A stretch of 64,000 bases of DNA from assembly GCA_964016885.1 (NCBI GenBank), contig OZ024743.1, positions 352,408,001 to 352,472,000 of the forward strand. Direction: 5' to 3'. Made by a program: the position numbers and the translations under genes. The first letter of the stretch is position 1, and every line of letters begins with the position of its first letter. The notes under the pieces were generated by a model, which was not told the origin of the DNA, did not search any database, and saw only the letters and a program-made list of their open reading frames with translations. This stretch comes from Eledone cirrhosa (Eukaryota). Positions 11,780-24,839 of this stretch are shown here, piece after piece.

Positions 11780-13330
11780 TGCTGTAGAGAACAGCCACTC
11801 TACCTCAATTATTATTGGCAAGTCTCCTCTTGCAGGTTGTGCCTCTAAACATGTCTCTGTAGTTACCTTTATAGCAGTTTACAATGTTACTGTTGTACCA
11901 GTCATTGGGTATGGGTCTGGCTTGCTCATAACCTACTATACCAGGTGCTGTTAGCATCTTGGCAACTATACTTCATGGTCGAGCTGCCTTCCCTACTTTC
12001 ATATACGTAACTGCTTTGTCTATCACACTACTGTCAACTTTTATGGCTGGTTTCCTAGTTGGGTTTACATGGGATAAGCAATCAATGTCTCTTATTTTTC
12101 AGCATCAGTCAGAGCAAGTGCTACACTATCATTTCTGATACACGTTTCCACAACCTCGTCTCCATATTTTCTAGCACACTAACTTACAATTCAGAACACA
12201 TTATGACTCTGATCCTCACAATGTAGAACATGTGTAAACTTCCTTTCTGCTTTTCCCCTTGCTAGGTATACCTGGTAGATGACCTCTCTTCTAGCTATTT
12301 TATATTGCTCTGTTTCTTTTGCTCCAGTCTTGTCTTTGCATTGATAGCTCTATCTACGCTATCATTCCACCATCATGTCACATATTGCTGGGAACTTGCT
12401 CCAACTGTAGATCTGGGCCATGGATTTCAGATGATTGTCTCAGGAATTCCCAATTTTTCTCTATGTTAGAGGCCTCCATCTCTTCCTTACTGTCATAGAC
12501 ATCAAGTAGGATTTCTCTGAATTTGTTGCCAGTCAATGTCTTCCTTCCCCAGACTGGTTTTTATCTCTTGGTCCATCTAACCCTTACTCTAAGGTGACTG
12601 ATAACTAATTTATGTTGAGAGGTTCATTCTTTCCCAGAGAAGGACTTGGCATTTATGACCATTTACCTATCTCGTTTCCAGGTAAGAATAAAGTTTATTT
12701 AGCTTGTATGAAACCTCACCCACCCACCTATAGATTGGTAGGAAATCATATGGCTGGATGATTTCCTGAAGTTTGTGTTGCAAATAGGTAGGTCATATAT
12801 ATTGCAGAACTCCAGAAGACTAGACCCCGCCCTCTTCCTTTCTTGTACCATACTCACAGCCTCCATGCACACCATGAAAGTTGTTATGGCATTTCTTAAC
12901 ATGTCCATTGAAGTTGACAGCCACAATAATAAGATCACTGTCATTTGTCATTGAAACAGTCTGTATGAGGACTTCATAGAAGTAGACTTGCAGAGCATAT
13001 GTAAAGATTTTTGTAGCTGTAGTTATAGCCTAAGACTAGTCAAAGTTTAATTATCCTATTAAACACTCTGACTACCCCAATTATCTGATCCACCCATTTC
13101 TCAGCTAGCAAAATTCTTTCACTGCCCACACCATCACTGCTACCAACGAAGAAGAATGTATATCTATGTTCCTTGCATCTAATGAATATGGTCAAGGCCC
13201 TGCACCACCTTACTTCTTTCAAACAGTACCCATCTACTTGTCTCCACTCTAACATCTCCACAATCTCACCACACTGACCTTTTATTGTTCAAATATTTAC
13301 AGTGGCAATTCTGAAGTTTTGTGCCTGATA
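11780..13330 (-). mobile_element. RTE LINE 5' part (APE endonuclease and linker), decayed
   Basis: FRIATVNI, FFVGSSDGVG..ILLAEKWVD and LLEFC..DLPICNTNFRK motifs on the minus strand, with stops. Confidence 0.8.
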
Positions 13331-13560
13331 GGAAGAGGGCTGCATGAGTGTCTTCTCTTGGTCCTGACTGGAAGAGGCCTGCATGGGTGTCTTCTCTTGG
13401 TCCTGACTGGAAGAGGCCTGCATGGGTGTCTTCTCTTGGTCCTGACTGGAAGAGGCCTGCATGGGTGTCTTCTCTTGGTCCTGGATGGAAAAGGGCTGCA
13501 TGGGTGTCTCCGCTTAGTCCTGGCTGGAGGAGGAATGTATGAGTGTCTTGCTCAATTTCT
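13331..13560. repeat. 39-bp tandem repeat (~5-6 units)
   Basis: Unit gaagaggcctgcatgggtgtcttctcttggtcctgactg. Confidence 0.92.
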
Positions 13561-14444
13561 GTGCCTGAGAGGAAGTGATTTTTTGTGACCTGTTGAAAAT
13601 AGTCAAAGGGCCTACATGCATGTTTGATTGTTTCATGTATTTTATTATAGCTTAGATGTTTGTAGTCACTGCAAGCACTAGAATCTGCCAAAGCTACTAC
13701 TGGTCAGTAGGTCTATTATATCCTAGCAGCATAAGATTTCTGGTGTAGCCAATATAGGTATCTCTAATTATTGTGTGGGTGGGGTGATACATATATACAT
13801 GAATACACAAGCACATGCAGCACCCATGCCCACATATGTAAGGGTGGGAGCAGATATTTGACTCCACAAGAGAGCTGAGTATAGTTATCTTTTCAAGATG
13901 TGTTGGTGAGGGTGGAGAGCAGTGAAGAAATGGCTTCTTGTGGCTTGCTTGCTTTCATTCATTCGATATCCAAATGACAACATTGAATGAAGAACTGTTC
14001 AAAAAGTCATCTCTTTCAGAAGACTAAATGAAAATTTAAAGACTGAAATTACAAGTTAAACTTAAATTTAAAAGACTTGACTTAAAATGCTAACAGGAGA
14101 TGAAGGAATTTATTCTCTAGAATTTACGATAGCACTTAAAATATAAAATTAAACATTAGAAAACCAAAGAGAACAAACTGTATACCAGCACAAACTTTTA
14201 AAGTTAATGTTCTTAAAGGATTTGTGGGTAGTCTTTGGATGCATTTTCTGGCTGATGGCCTGTTTTGCTCGGGTTTTACATGATGGTAGAGAGAATGTGT
14301 TAGCATAACAATGTAGTGTAGTAGTAAATGGTGCATGAAAAATATATATGTTTTATAGATAGAAGGATAGTAGCCTGATGAGTACCTACAATGTTAACAT
14401 TTAAATGTAGTAAGAAAATGAACATGCATACACACTCATATACA

Positions 14445-14872
14445 TAGTTGGGAGGGTTCTTCATCTGTATCAAAGACATAACAACTTCCCTACATGATAA
14501 ATGCACCCAGTACTCTCTGTAAAATGGTTGATGATAGGAAGGGAATCCAGCCATAGAAAACCTACCAAATAATGGGCTGGTAGGATTCTTCAGCTGTGTC
14601 AAAGACATAACAACCTCCCTAGTGCTGGTGCCAAGGTAAAACACACTTGGTAGAGTGTGGAAACATGTGAGATGCAAGCCCCTAGCTCTCTTTTTGGTAT
14701 CCAGTATAGTCTGAGAATACAGGCAAGATACAGGCCACTGCTCTATCTGAGAGGTCAGTGGCTCTGCTTCAGTGATGACTTTGTCTATGACAACCAGTCC
14801 AACCCTTGCTAGCTGGGAAAGTAGACATTAATTCATGATGATGATGATGGTGATGGTGATGATGACGACGAC
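14445..14872 (+). mobile_element. SINE with RTE-like (TGA)n tail
   Basis: gcacccagtactctctgtaaa...gggaatccagccatagaaa...agacattaattcatgatgatgat. Confidence 0.6.
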
Positions 14873-15015
14873 GAATATTTCGATTACTGTGGATGATGTA
14901 TATAGAACAGCATTTTTTAAATATATAAATACATGTAAATTTGCCAACTGATGTCTAAAATTTTGCAAATCTTAAATTTTTAATTTTCCAAAATACCATA
15001 TTGTATGCCCTATGG

Positions 15016-15046
<31 letters not shown>

Positions 15047-15936
15047 ATAATTTTGGATTTGGTAAAAACACATATGCTTTGACTTGATGACACTGTAACA
15101 CTTTTAAATATATATCCAGAAGGCCAAATTTGGCTATCCACACCCTTGGAGTCTGAATTGTTTCTTAAGTCGATGACGTATATTGTGTGTATAAGTGGTT
15201 AATACGTGATGGAGGTAAAACACTGTGTTGGTGTTGATGAAGGTTAGAATAGTGTGGGGTCTATTTTTTAGAAGCTTCAGAAGTCAACAAATGAATGTCT
15301 TCAATAGTTCTTTGGCCTGTCAGAAATTAGCAGAAAAATCTCTTTCAAATATCATTTTATTGCCTTTAAAATGGATAAATATACTATCTGAAGTTAATGT
15401 CAGAGAATTTGTTGTCTAACACAGCAATTTTCAAACTGTGTATCTTGACACTTTAATTGGTCATTGATAATCTCTTGGTGTCTCACAAAATTAAATCAAA
15501 TCTGATCAATTTTTACAAATATTTGGCAGTGAAACATATTTGAAATTTGACAGTTCTACATACAATTAGACATGTGATATGATATTTAATTATTTATTTA
15601 TAAAACCTAACTGTGTCACAAACATCTTTTTTTTTATTGTGTTACCAGTGTGAAAAGTTTTGAAAGCTCTGGTTTAACGCAACCATATTTACTTAACCAT
15701 AATGCCCTGTACTGCATGAAACTGCGTTAATAAGAAAAAAAGTATGAAACACTCTGAATATATCACATTAGAAAGTAAAGTTTGTACTCTAATACTACAA
15801 TGTTTTAAAAATATCTGTCAACTAATGAAGATAGTATAAATATTTGAATTAACAAAACTGTTTTAAGATATTTTCTGCCAAATCATTACAGGATGTTAAA
15901 AGTTAAAGACTGTCAATAATTTTTATGTTCTTACAG

Positions 15937-16515
15937 TATGCATAACACGGCCCACAGATGTGATTTTTGCCTTGGATTCTTCTGATAGCATCTCACAACA
16001 AGATTTTGATATTCAGATCAATTTCATTGTTGATACAGTAAATGATACTAATATGAAGATCAGTGCCAATGAATCTCAAGTTGGAATTTACACATTTGCA
16101 ACTGGATTTGTTTTGAACATTAATCTTGGAATGTACAATAGTAAAGCATCTCTGTTGAAAGCTATTAAAAGCATCTCAAGAATTCATGGTTCTACCAATA
16201 CACATTTAGTTTTAAATGATGTTCTGCAGACTGGTTTCAGTAGAGCTTCTGGAGCTCGAACAGGTGTTCATCGTGCTGTAGTGTTAATTACGGATGGACG
16301 GTCGGTGTATGATAAGGATACAGTCAAGGCTGCTGATGCACTCCACAATAACAAGATTGAAGTTATAGCTATTGGAGTGGGAAATGATACTTCTAAATCA
16401 GAATTGAAGCACATAGCCTCGAAATATGAACAGATGCACTTGGTAGCAAATTATAGAAGCCTGAAAGTAGTTCTTCAACATCAGATTACAAAAATAACCT
16501 GCGTTAACAAACCAA
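15937..16515 (+). CDS. Tandem-VWA protein, exon encoding VWA domain 2 (phase 1-1)
   Basis: Acceptor ttcttacag, donor gtgagt, 579 nt. Translates CITRPTDVIFALDSSDSI...HGSTNT...VLITDGRS...ITC. Confidence 0.92.
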
Positions 16516-18245
16516 GTGAGTATATAACCACTTATATTTTAGTTTAAAGTACTTTACATTGGATATATTCTTTCTTAGGAACTTTGGAGTCTGAATTGTC
16601 ACATTTATCAGGAACTAAGGGGATCAAGTGGAAGGTCAAGCATCAGTGAAGGAAATGGCAATACAACAACAAGGATTTTAAAACTATCTACCCTGTTGAA
16701 GCAGCAGTTAGCTTTGCAGGTCCCATGACAAGCATCTCCATTTACCCTATCATCTGCATCCCCACTCATCCACCCCTTGACTTTCATTTCCTTCTCCATT
16801 ATCTTTAGCTGTGTCTTTCCTGGTCTTCACCTTCATCTATTCCCCTGCACATTCATTTTCATTACTCTTCTCACCCAGTCGCTTTCATCCTTCTTCAACA
16901 CATCACCCAACCATCCCATTCCATTTCTCTTCACATTCATCCCTGGTTTTATTCCCATCCTCTTCCTCAGTGAAAGAACTGTCACTATTTCAATGTTTTA
17001 AATGAGACTCTTTTGTTGACATTTACCAATCCCACTTGCCATCATCCATATTTGATATTCATATTCATTACTATCAATCTCTTTCTCTTTTGCATGACAT
17101 TCTTAGCTGACATCTATCATTCTCACTTTCCCCTACACATCCTTACTGGCATCATGTCACATTGCTCATGCTGATTTTTGACTCAATCCCCTACCTACCA
17201 CTGTCACTTCCTACCCATCTATCACCTTGCTTCCCCTTTCAATTCTTGGTCATCTCACCCTTTCTAATCATCCTCGTAGTCACATTTGCCTTGAACTGAG
17301 ACTGCATAGAGTGATGAAGTCTGTTTAGCCTTGTAGTGGACAACTTCTCTAACACTTGTGCCATGATAAAATGTACCTGATACACTCTGCAAGGTGTTGG
17401 GTGTTAGGAAAGGCATCCAGCCAAAATTGGAATGTGAGCCAAAAAAGTGTTCCTTCAGCTGCTCTAGGGGATGCAGTAACTCCAAATAAGAACTGACTTA
17501 GACCATACTAACCCATCCAACCCATACCAGTATGAACATTGGATGTAAAATGATGATGACGAATTTTTATTTTTTTTCTTATGGATCAAAAAGATAAAAA
17601 TGCTCAATAAACACTTGTATTAGAATGTTATAGAATCTATTAAGGCATTGAATTGGCAATATCATCAGAGCATCGTATTAAATACTTGCTCCATTTCTCT
17701 GCATTCAAATCTGGTTGGAATCGACTTTACTTTTCATCCTTTCAAAGAAGTTGATAAATAAAGGACCAGTCCAAGAATGGTGGGTTAGTGTAATTGTTCA
17801 AGATTCAGATGGGATGCTTTGCAATATCTGATTTGGTCTTTTCAGTTCAAATCCCACTTCTAAGAGTTAGAACTGGCAGATAGTATCAATAATGGAAAGA
17901 CCATTGAAAACATTGTTTCCTTGGTCCAATCTGACAATTATCTCTTTCAAAAAAAAAATCTATTGTATGTGTATATATTATTGTTTTTAATCTTGTTTAT
18001 CACACACATAAAGTTGAGTTTTCAAAACTGTTCATTTCTAGTAAACATTGGTATGTTATTTAAACAAAGATATGAGTCATTGTGTCAGTTACCTCCAAAC
18101 AGAATCTAATTTGGTTATAATTCCCTTTTAAAACCATTATATTTATGTCACTATGGCCCTTGAGTAAAGCATGGACATCTCATGTGTTTGTCCCTCCAGC
18201 TTATGAGTTTTTACATATTTTATCCACAGTGCTTTTTATTTCCAG

Positions 18246-18830
18246 TTTGCAAGGTTCGGCCCACTGATGTGATATTTGCCATAGATTCTTCAAGCAGCAT
18301 ATCAACAGATGATTTTGCAATGCAGCAACGATTTTTGGTTAGTTTTGTGAACAATACTAAACTAGTGATTGGTGATAGTAACGTCAGAATAGGACTGTAC
18401 CTTTTTGCAGGTACCTTTACACAAATCATGCAACTCAATTCTTTTAAAACGAAAGCAGATATTATAAACGCTTTAAATAATCTTGTTCAATTGCAAGGAT
18501 TCACAAATACACATCTGGTATTGAGAGACATCTTAACCAATGGTTTTAGTGCATCATCTGGTGCTCGTGCTAATGCACACCATGTCGTGGTGTTAATTAC
18601 AGATGGCCAATCTGTGTATAGAAAAGAAACAATTAAAGCTGGGAAAGCCTTGCATCAAGCTGGAATTGAAGTCTATGCTATTAGTGTAGGTACTAATACT
18701 GATGATACAGAACTAGAAGAAGTAGCTTCCACAAACAAAACCTTCTTTAGTGTCCCAGACTACAATACCTTGGATTTAATTGAAGACAATGTTAATAAAG
18801 TTATCTGTACAGATACTAGTAACCAAAATG
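18246..18830 (+). CDS. Tandem-VWA protein, exon encoding VWA domain 3 (phase 1-1)
   Basis: Acceptor tttttatttccag, donor G|gtaagt, 585 nt. Translates CKVRPTDVIFAIDSSSSI...GFTNT...VLITDGQS...VIC. Confidence 0.92.
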
Positions 18831-19091
18831 GTAAGTGTTCACTTTCCTCTTATATGATTTTTATCAACATCCCTTTATCTTCAGCAATATGTTATTTGTT
18901 GTATTTCTCACCATCAATCATTAGATTTATCTGCTCTAATACAATTGTCAGAAATATATCATTACCACTGAGTATAAGGTTTTACAATTTGATTAGTTTA
19001 ATGCTAACGATTCTTTAGTTGTTTCTCTTTCTTTTTGCATATTAGCAAGGACGTTGACACATTTTGTTGCAGAAATTGTTTTTACACTTAC

Positions 19092-19308
19092 TTAACCCTT
19101 TTGATGCCAAGCTGCTCTTGGTTCTACAAAACTATTCATTTTAAAGGGTTTATATTTATCTAAAAGTCCTCCATCATAATTTTATTTAAGAAACTTTGTT
19201 ATGTTCCAAACACCAAATAAATCATTTCAAATTCTTGATGATTTTTTAAAAATCATTTGAAAATCGTGGGCAGTATATTTCATTAGAAATATGGTAACAA
19301 AAGGGTTC
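19092..19308. mobile_element. MITE with TTAACCCTTT-type termini
   Basis: ttaacccttttgatgcc ... ggtaacaaaagggttca. Confidence 0.55.
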
Positions 19309-19771
19309 AACTGCTTCCTACAACAAACCATTCAATTGTGAAGTAAAAGTGTAACTAACTGCTAGGCAAGTAAAGTTATATACTTCATGGCTACTTGTGA
19401 CTATATGATTGGCTGAGTAGATTATGCCTTGCACTGTGGCTAGAGGAATAGTTAAAATTACAATATTATTCAACATCTGTCAAGAGTCTTATAAAGGAAT
19501 TCACTTGACTGTATGCTCCTCCCCTTCACAACAAATGGCTTTGTGATGAAAGTAGAAATAATAATTTGTTTATTGTTAATTGTTGTTATTTAGTCTCTCT
19601 TTGCACATGCACAAAATAAAATGTATCAGACATTATATTTAAATGCATGTATATAGTAAACAACAGTAACAACAAGAAGCAACAAATGAAAAGTTGTCGA
19701 ATACTCAATAGAAGTTGATATAATGTTTTGTAAGATTATAATATAGTATTGAAGTTTTTTTCTCTTACTAG

Positions 19772-20334
19772 GGTCAAATACAAATACTTCGTCGTGTCCA
19801 GCTGGCAGTGCTGACGTGGTCTTCCTGATGGACACTTCAGACAGTACTGGTAAAAAAGATCTTTCGATGGAGACCAAGATTGTTTCTGAGTTTGTGAATT
19901 CAATGACTGGAAGAAACAATATTCGTGTAGCTCTTATAACATTTGCCACTAAACCTATCCATCAGTTATCATTGACTTCTCACACTTCTAAATCTGTCAT
20001 ATTGTCGTTACTTCAAAACCTGCAGGTGTCTTCTGGTTCAACAAACACTGCAGGTGCTTTGAAATTTGCTAAAACAAATCTACAGCAATCAAGAAACACA
20101 CGTCAAGTAGTTGTTCTCATTACGGATGGAAAGTCAGATGATTTATTTTATTCTCTGCAAGCAGCCGAGGATCTTCGTAGCAGTGGGATCATTGTCTTTG
20201 GTTATGGGATTAAGAATTCTGACATTTCTGAATTGCAACTCATTTCTGGATCCATGGAAAATGTCATTATTGGGGAAATTCCAGAGGTGTCTAAGCAACT
20301 TAAGTCAAAAATACTTAATAGTAAATGTTCTTAG
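19772..20334 (+). CDS. Tandem-VWA protein, exon encoding VWA domain 4 (ends at stop 20334 or splices at 20320)
   Basis: Acceptor ttttttctcttactag, phase 1. Translates SSCPAGSADVVFLMDTSDST...GSTNT...VLITDGKSDD...ILNSKCS*. Confidence 0.88.
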
Positions 20335-20669
20335 AAACATTTATGCAGGCTTCTAAAATAGATTGGCAAATTTGATTGGGAGGTGATATGAAGATAGTTG
20401 TGGTGTTTTTTCTTTTTTTCTTTTGTTTTTGATCAATACTATACTGATCTAGAAAATAAGTCATGAATATATTATATATAATCACCAAAATAACAAGTGA
20501 GCAAGATATTTTTGTTTGTTTTTTCTTCTTTCTTTTCAAATATTTTGATTTCATTTTATTTATCTTTTTAACACTGAGCAATATATAAGAAATTAATATT
20601 GTGTCTGTATTCTATGTGTGTGAGACTAAATTTGTGAGCCAAACATTTGGACAAGAAAGAGATTGTCAA

Positions 20670-21060
20670 CATAATCAACACCAGTAAAAGATGGGAACTT
20701 ATTTAATTGGCCTATCAAGGAATGAAAAGCAAAGTTGACAGAGGTAGAAAAGGGAGAATATTAAAATACTATAAGGTATTTATTGCAGAACTACACCAGT
20801 TCTGCCAACTTGCTGCCCTTAATAGTGATAATAATAATGATTTCTACTATAGGCACAAGGCCAGAAATTTGGGGAAAGGGGAAAGTCAATTAAATCGAAC
20901 CAAGTGCATTACTGGTGCTTTATTTTATCAACCCTGTAAGGAAGAAAGGCAAAGCTAACCTCAGTGGCATTTCAACTCAGAACATAAAAGCTAAAAAGCA
21001 TGTTGTCCAACGCTCTACCAATACTGCCAATCCATAGCAGTAATAATAATAATAATAATG
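20670..21060 (-). mobile_element. tRNA-derived SINE copies (family of 36388-36568), decayed
   Basis: tttctactataggcacaaggcc...ctggtgctttattttatcaaccc..gaaaggcaaag...aactcag...ctctaccaatactgccaatcc. Confidence 0.7.
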
Positions 21061-21099
21061 TTTTCTTTATTAACCAAAAGAGTTTACATCAAAAATACA

Positions 21100-21600
21100 T
21101 TCAGGGCAGCACAGGATGGTACAATGTGGGTTTCTGCAAGTAAAATTGAGTATAAAACAAAAACAAAAATGTATTTTTTAAAAAATAGAATAAAAAGAAA
21201 ATTCTCCAATAGGGGTGGAGACTTCCAAGGGTTACTCATGCAGAAAAACCACAAAAGCCACAGTCACCCTGACCACTAAGGAAAGTGTCCTCTCCCAGGT
21301 GTCCTCCCTCAATCTACAGGCACATGCTCAGAGCAGACCCATACACTAGGGCCATACTCCCCTCTTTCCCCAACCTTTCAACAAATTGCTTTGAAGGCAG
21401 CACATCCTTCTCCACATCCTTCTAATTTTCCTGTTCAAGTGAAACCTGAAGAAGTTAATCAGGGGTTCGCCAAAAAGGAAAGTGCCTGTCTTCAGTCTTT
21501 TCAGATGCGTCCACCATATGACCTCTTTCACCATGACCACCAGGCAGACAAAAACAGCCTGCCCTTCCTGGCCAAGGGAAGGCAGCAAGAAGATTTTGAT
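21100..21600 (-). mobile_element. L1/Tx1-like LINE 3' remnant
   Basis: Minus-strand VFVCLVVMVKEVIWWTHLKRLKTGTFLFGEPLINFFRFHLNRKIR resembles a Tx1 ORF2 C-terminus. Recognition only. Confidence 0.45.
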
Positions 21601-21834
21601 GATGGACCACCATCATCATCATTATCCGCCATACTGCCACCACCACCACCAACATCATCAACCCCACTGCCACCTTTGGGAGGATCGTGCTGCCAATAAA
21701 AACACACACACATGCTGGTTTTCACATCAATTTCTTATAAATTTCCAGTTGATTGGTTGGCTGGTTGGTTCAATAACCAGATAGTTGTTCATATATTGTC
21801 AAAGCTCTATTGTCATACATTCTAGACAATATGC

Positions 21835-22102
21835 CCCCACACACCCCACCGCAAGGTGGTCATGGAGGTGCCACGGCAAAAAAGCACCCAGCCCACACTG
21901 TAAAGTGGACGTGTAGGTGCCACAGAAAAAAAGCACCCAGCACTCACTGTAAATGAGGTTGGTGTTAGGAAGGGCATCCAGCTGTAGAAATCAAGCCAAA
22001 TCAGTTCCTGTATGAGCAAGGCATGGTCAGCCGACCAGACACTGCCCACAACAGGACAACCCGTCTAACCCATGCTAGCGTGGAAGAACGGACATAAAAC
22101 GG

Positions 22103-22146
<44 letters not shown>
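21835..22146 (+). mobile_element. SINE with RTE-like tail ending in (GAT)n
   Basis: aaaagcacccag repeats, ggtgttaggaagggcatccagctgtagaaa, and cgtctaacccatgctagcgtggaagaacggacataaaacggtgatgat... Confidence 0.8.
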
Positions 22147-22473
22147 TGACCTCCTCAGTGACTGATTTCTTATTTTGTGTCTCTCCTTTGTTCTGTCCTA
22201 TACCATCTTGTTTTTGTGTGTTGTGTGCTGTGTGCTTGGTTTGCACATACTTTATATCTGGGTGTGTGTATGTTTTTATTTATTTATTTATGTGTTTATT
22301 TACTTGTCACTAGTTGGTTGTTTGTTCTACATACATAGATATATATATATACAGACAGACTTACATATGTGTGTGTATATATATATATATCAATAATTTT
22401 GATTTTCTTGTCTCTCCTGATCATTGGGCAAAACTGGTTAAGGTTGACACCACACACACTCGCATACAGGTGA

Positions 22474-22505
<32 letters not shown>

Positions 22506-22831
22506 CGTAAAATAAGAAAATTATAAAATTAACTTACTTACTAAAATTTCACTCCAACTAATTAGTTTCTGAAAGGGAATAAACATAGTTTCCGAAGAAA
22601 CGTACGGAGAAGCCTTTCGTCATCATATATATATATATATATATATAACCATAATTTTCACTAGTACCACTCCATATAAATTCCTCAACTTAGGAATGAC
22701 CTGTAGTATCTATTTCATACTATTAACCTCAATTGAATATATATCTGACCAGGAATGCTTTTTGTGAAAATCAGTTATGTGGAACTATTGTCATCTTGCC
22801 TGATGGTTTGAACTTTACAAGACCACCTGCC

Positions 22832-23115
22832 ATTCTGAGTTCAAATGTCGCCGAGGTTAACTTTGCCTTTCATCGTTATGGGGTCGATAAAATAAAGTAC
22901 CAGTAATCATCATCATCATCATCATCAACGTTTAACGTCCGTGTTCCACGCTTGCATGGGTTTGGACGGGGGTAGTCCCACTTGAGGCAAGAGTGATTTT
23001 CTTGCTCGCATAGGACTGTCTGGCAGGTTTTCTACAGTTGGATGCCCTTCCTAACACCAACCACATTTACACTGGGTAATTGCTGGCCTTGTGCTAAAAG
23101 TAGAAACAATTATTA
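22832..23115 (+). mobile_element. tRNA-SINE interrupted by an inverted RTE-tail SINE (~22908-23070)
   Basis: B box gagttcaaat, then ttgcctttcatcgttatggggtcgataaaataaagtaccagtaat | insert | actgggtaattgctggccttgtgctaaaagtagaaac. Confidence 0.75.
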
Positions 23116-24271
23116 TATTATCTCAAACTCCCTTATGGTTGAGTTAAAATGAAAGTGTAGTAACTGCTTTCTCAAGCAAACACTATAATCGCTGTCTGTT
23201 CACTTTACTACCCGCCTGTGACCTCTGTATCATGCATTAATTTTCTCCCTCTGCCTTCTGAGATATTTTTCACTTGCGACAGGGGAATCAGTCCTCTTTC
23301 TTGACCGATACATCACGTGTTAATTCCTCCTTTTGCCTATTGAGATTTTCTCACTTGCTATAAACATATCTGGAAACCGTTACTTCCCTGAGGTGTTCCT
23401 TGAGAAGCTGGTGTACCTCACAACAATATTGCACATATAATGTGCAATTGTTGAAAATGGTCCAGTGAAACTGTACAGTCGGGACTTTGAAGAAAAAATA
23501 GGTATATATCTGTGTCTATTATTTTATAATTTGATATATATATATATACATATACATACATATACATGCACATACATATATACATACATACATATACATA
23601 CATAGAAATGACAAATGAAAAATCTGCGTTCCAGCTAAAAATGTCACCTGACTCACACCCACCTCCACTAGCACTCCTTTGTCTAGCTGAGAAATGGGTG
23701 GATCAGATAATTGGGGTAGTCAGAGTGTTTAATAGGATAATTAAACTTTGACTAGTCTTAGGCTATAACTACAGCTACTACAATCTTTACATATGTTCTG
23801 CAAGTCTACTTCTATGAAGTCCTCATACAGACTGTTTCAATGACAAATGACAGTGATCTTATTATTCTATCACTGTACACCCTATTTACACCCTCTTCCA
23901 TAAACATTATCACCCCTTCTCTCCCACTCATCATTCATATAAACATAGCTAGTACACATCAACATGATAAACAGACTTAGTACACTCTGTAATGTGGTTG
24001 GTAATGGGAAGGATATCAAGTTGCAGAAAACCTGCCAAACAAAGAGTCTGAAAAGGACAATCGATTGAACAGGATTTTCAAGACTAGAAATAAGTAGTAA
24101 CTTAACCACTACCCTGCTAGTCAATACATTGATTTCCATCAATCAATCAACCCTCTAAAACTATCTTAAAACAATGAACTAACTCTCTACCTACACCTGA
24201 CTTGCAAGCAGGGAAAAGCAGACGTAAAATAATGATGATAGTGATGATGATGATGATGATGATTATATATG

Positions 24272-24828
24272 CACTCGGCATCAAACCTATCAAGTGTAAT
24301 TTTCTAACCAGGAAGGGTATGGCATGGTCAGCGTGCAATGATATGCACGCCATATGGACATCTCAACTTACCAACAAGCTAAAACTGGAAATATTCCAAG
24401 CAACCATTAAGCCCATATTACTTTATGGATCCGAAACTTGGACACTAACATCACAACTTGAGAGCAGATTGGATGGCACATATACCTGCCTCTTAATGAG
24501 AGTGCAAAACCTATCCTGGAAACGACATCCCACCTTGTCTAAAATCTATGGCAAACTCCCTCGAGCCTCTGCCCTTCTAAAATCCCGGAGAGCTCAATTT
24601 GCTGGCCACTGTCACCGTGCCAGCAATGAAAACATATCCGCTCTCTTGCTCTGGAACCCTGACTCCAGCCTGACTAGGAGTAGGAAGCTGTCATTCCCTG
24701 ACGTTATCTCTAGGGATACGGGAATCAGTAGACAGGACCTGGGGGCAGCGATGGGGGACAGGGAATTCTGGGGCATGAGAGTGAGATCCATCATCTCGAC
24801 AGTAGTCAACGAATGATGATGATGATGT
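24272..24828 (+). mobile_element. RTE LINE 3' fragment (post-RT C-terminus) with (TGA)n tail
   Basis: AWSACNDMHAIW..KLEIFQATIKPILLYGSETWTLT...FAGHCHR. Confidence 0.88.
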
Positions 24829-24839
24829 AAGTTGATCAC

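Noticed and set aside
22545-22625. Hammerhead-like GAAACTAATTAGTT on the minus strand
   Set aside because: No CUGANGA box in register; too degenerate to call.
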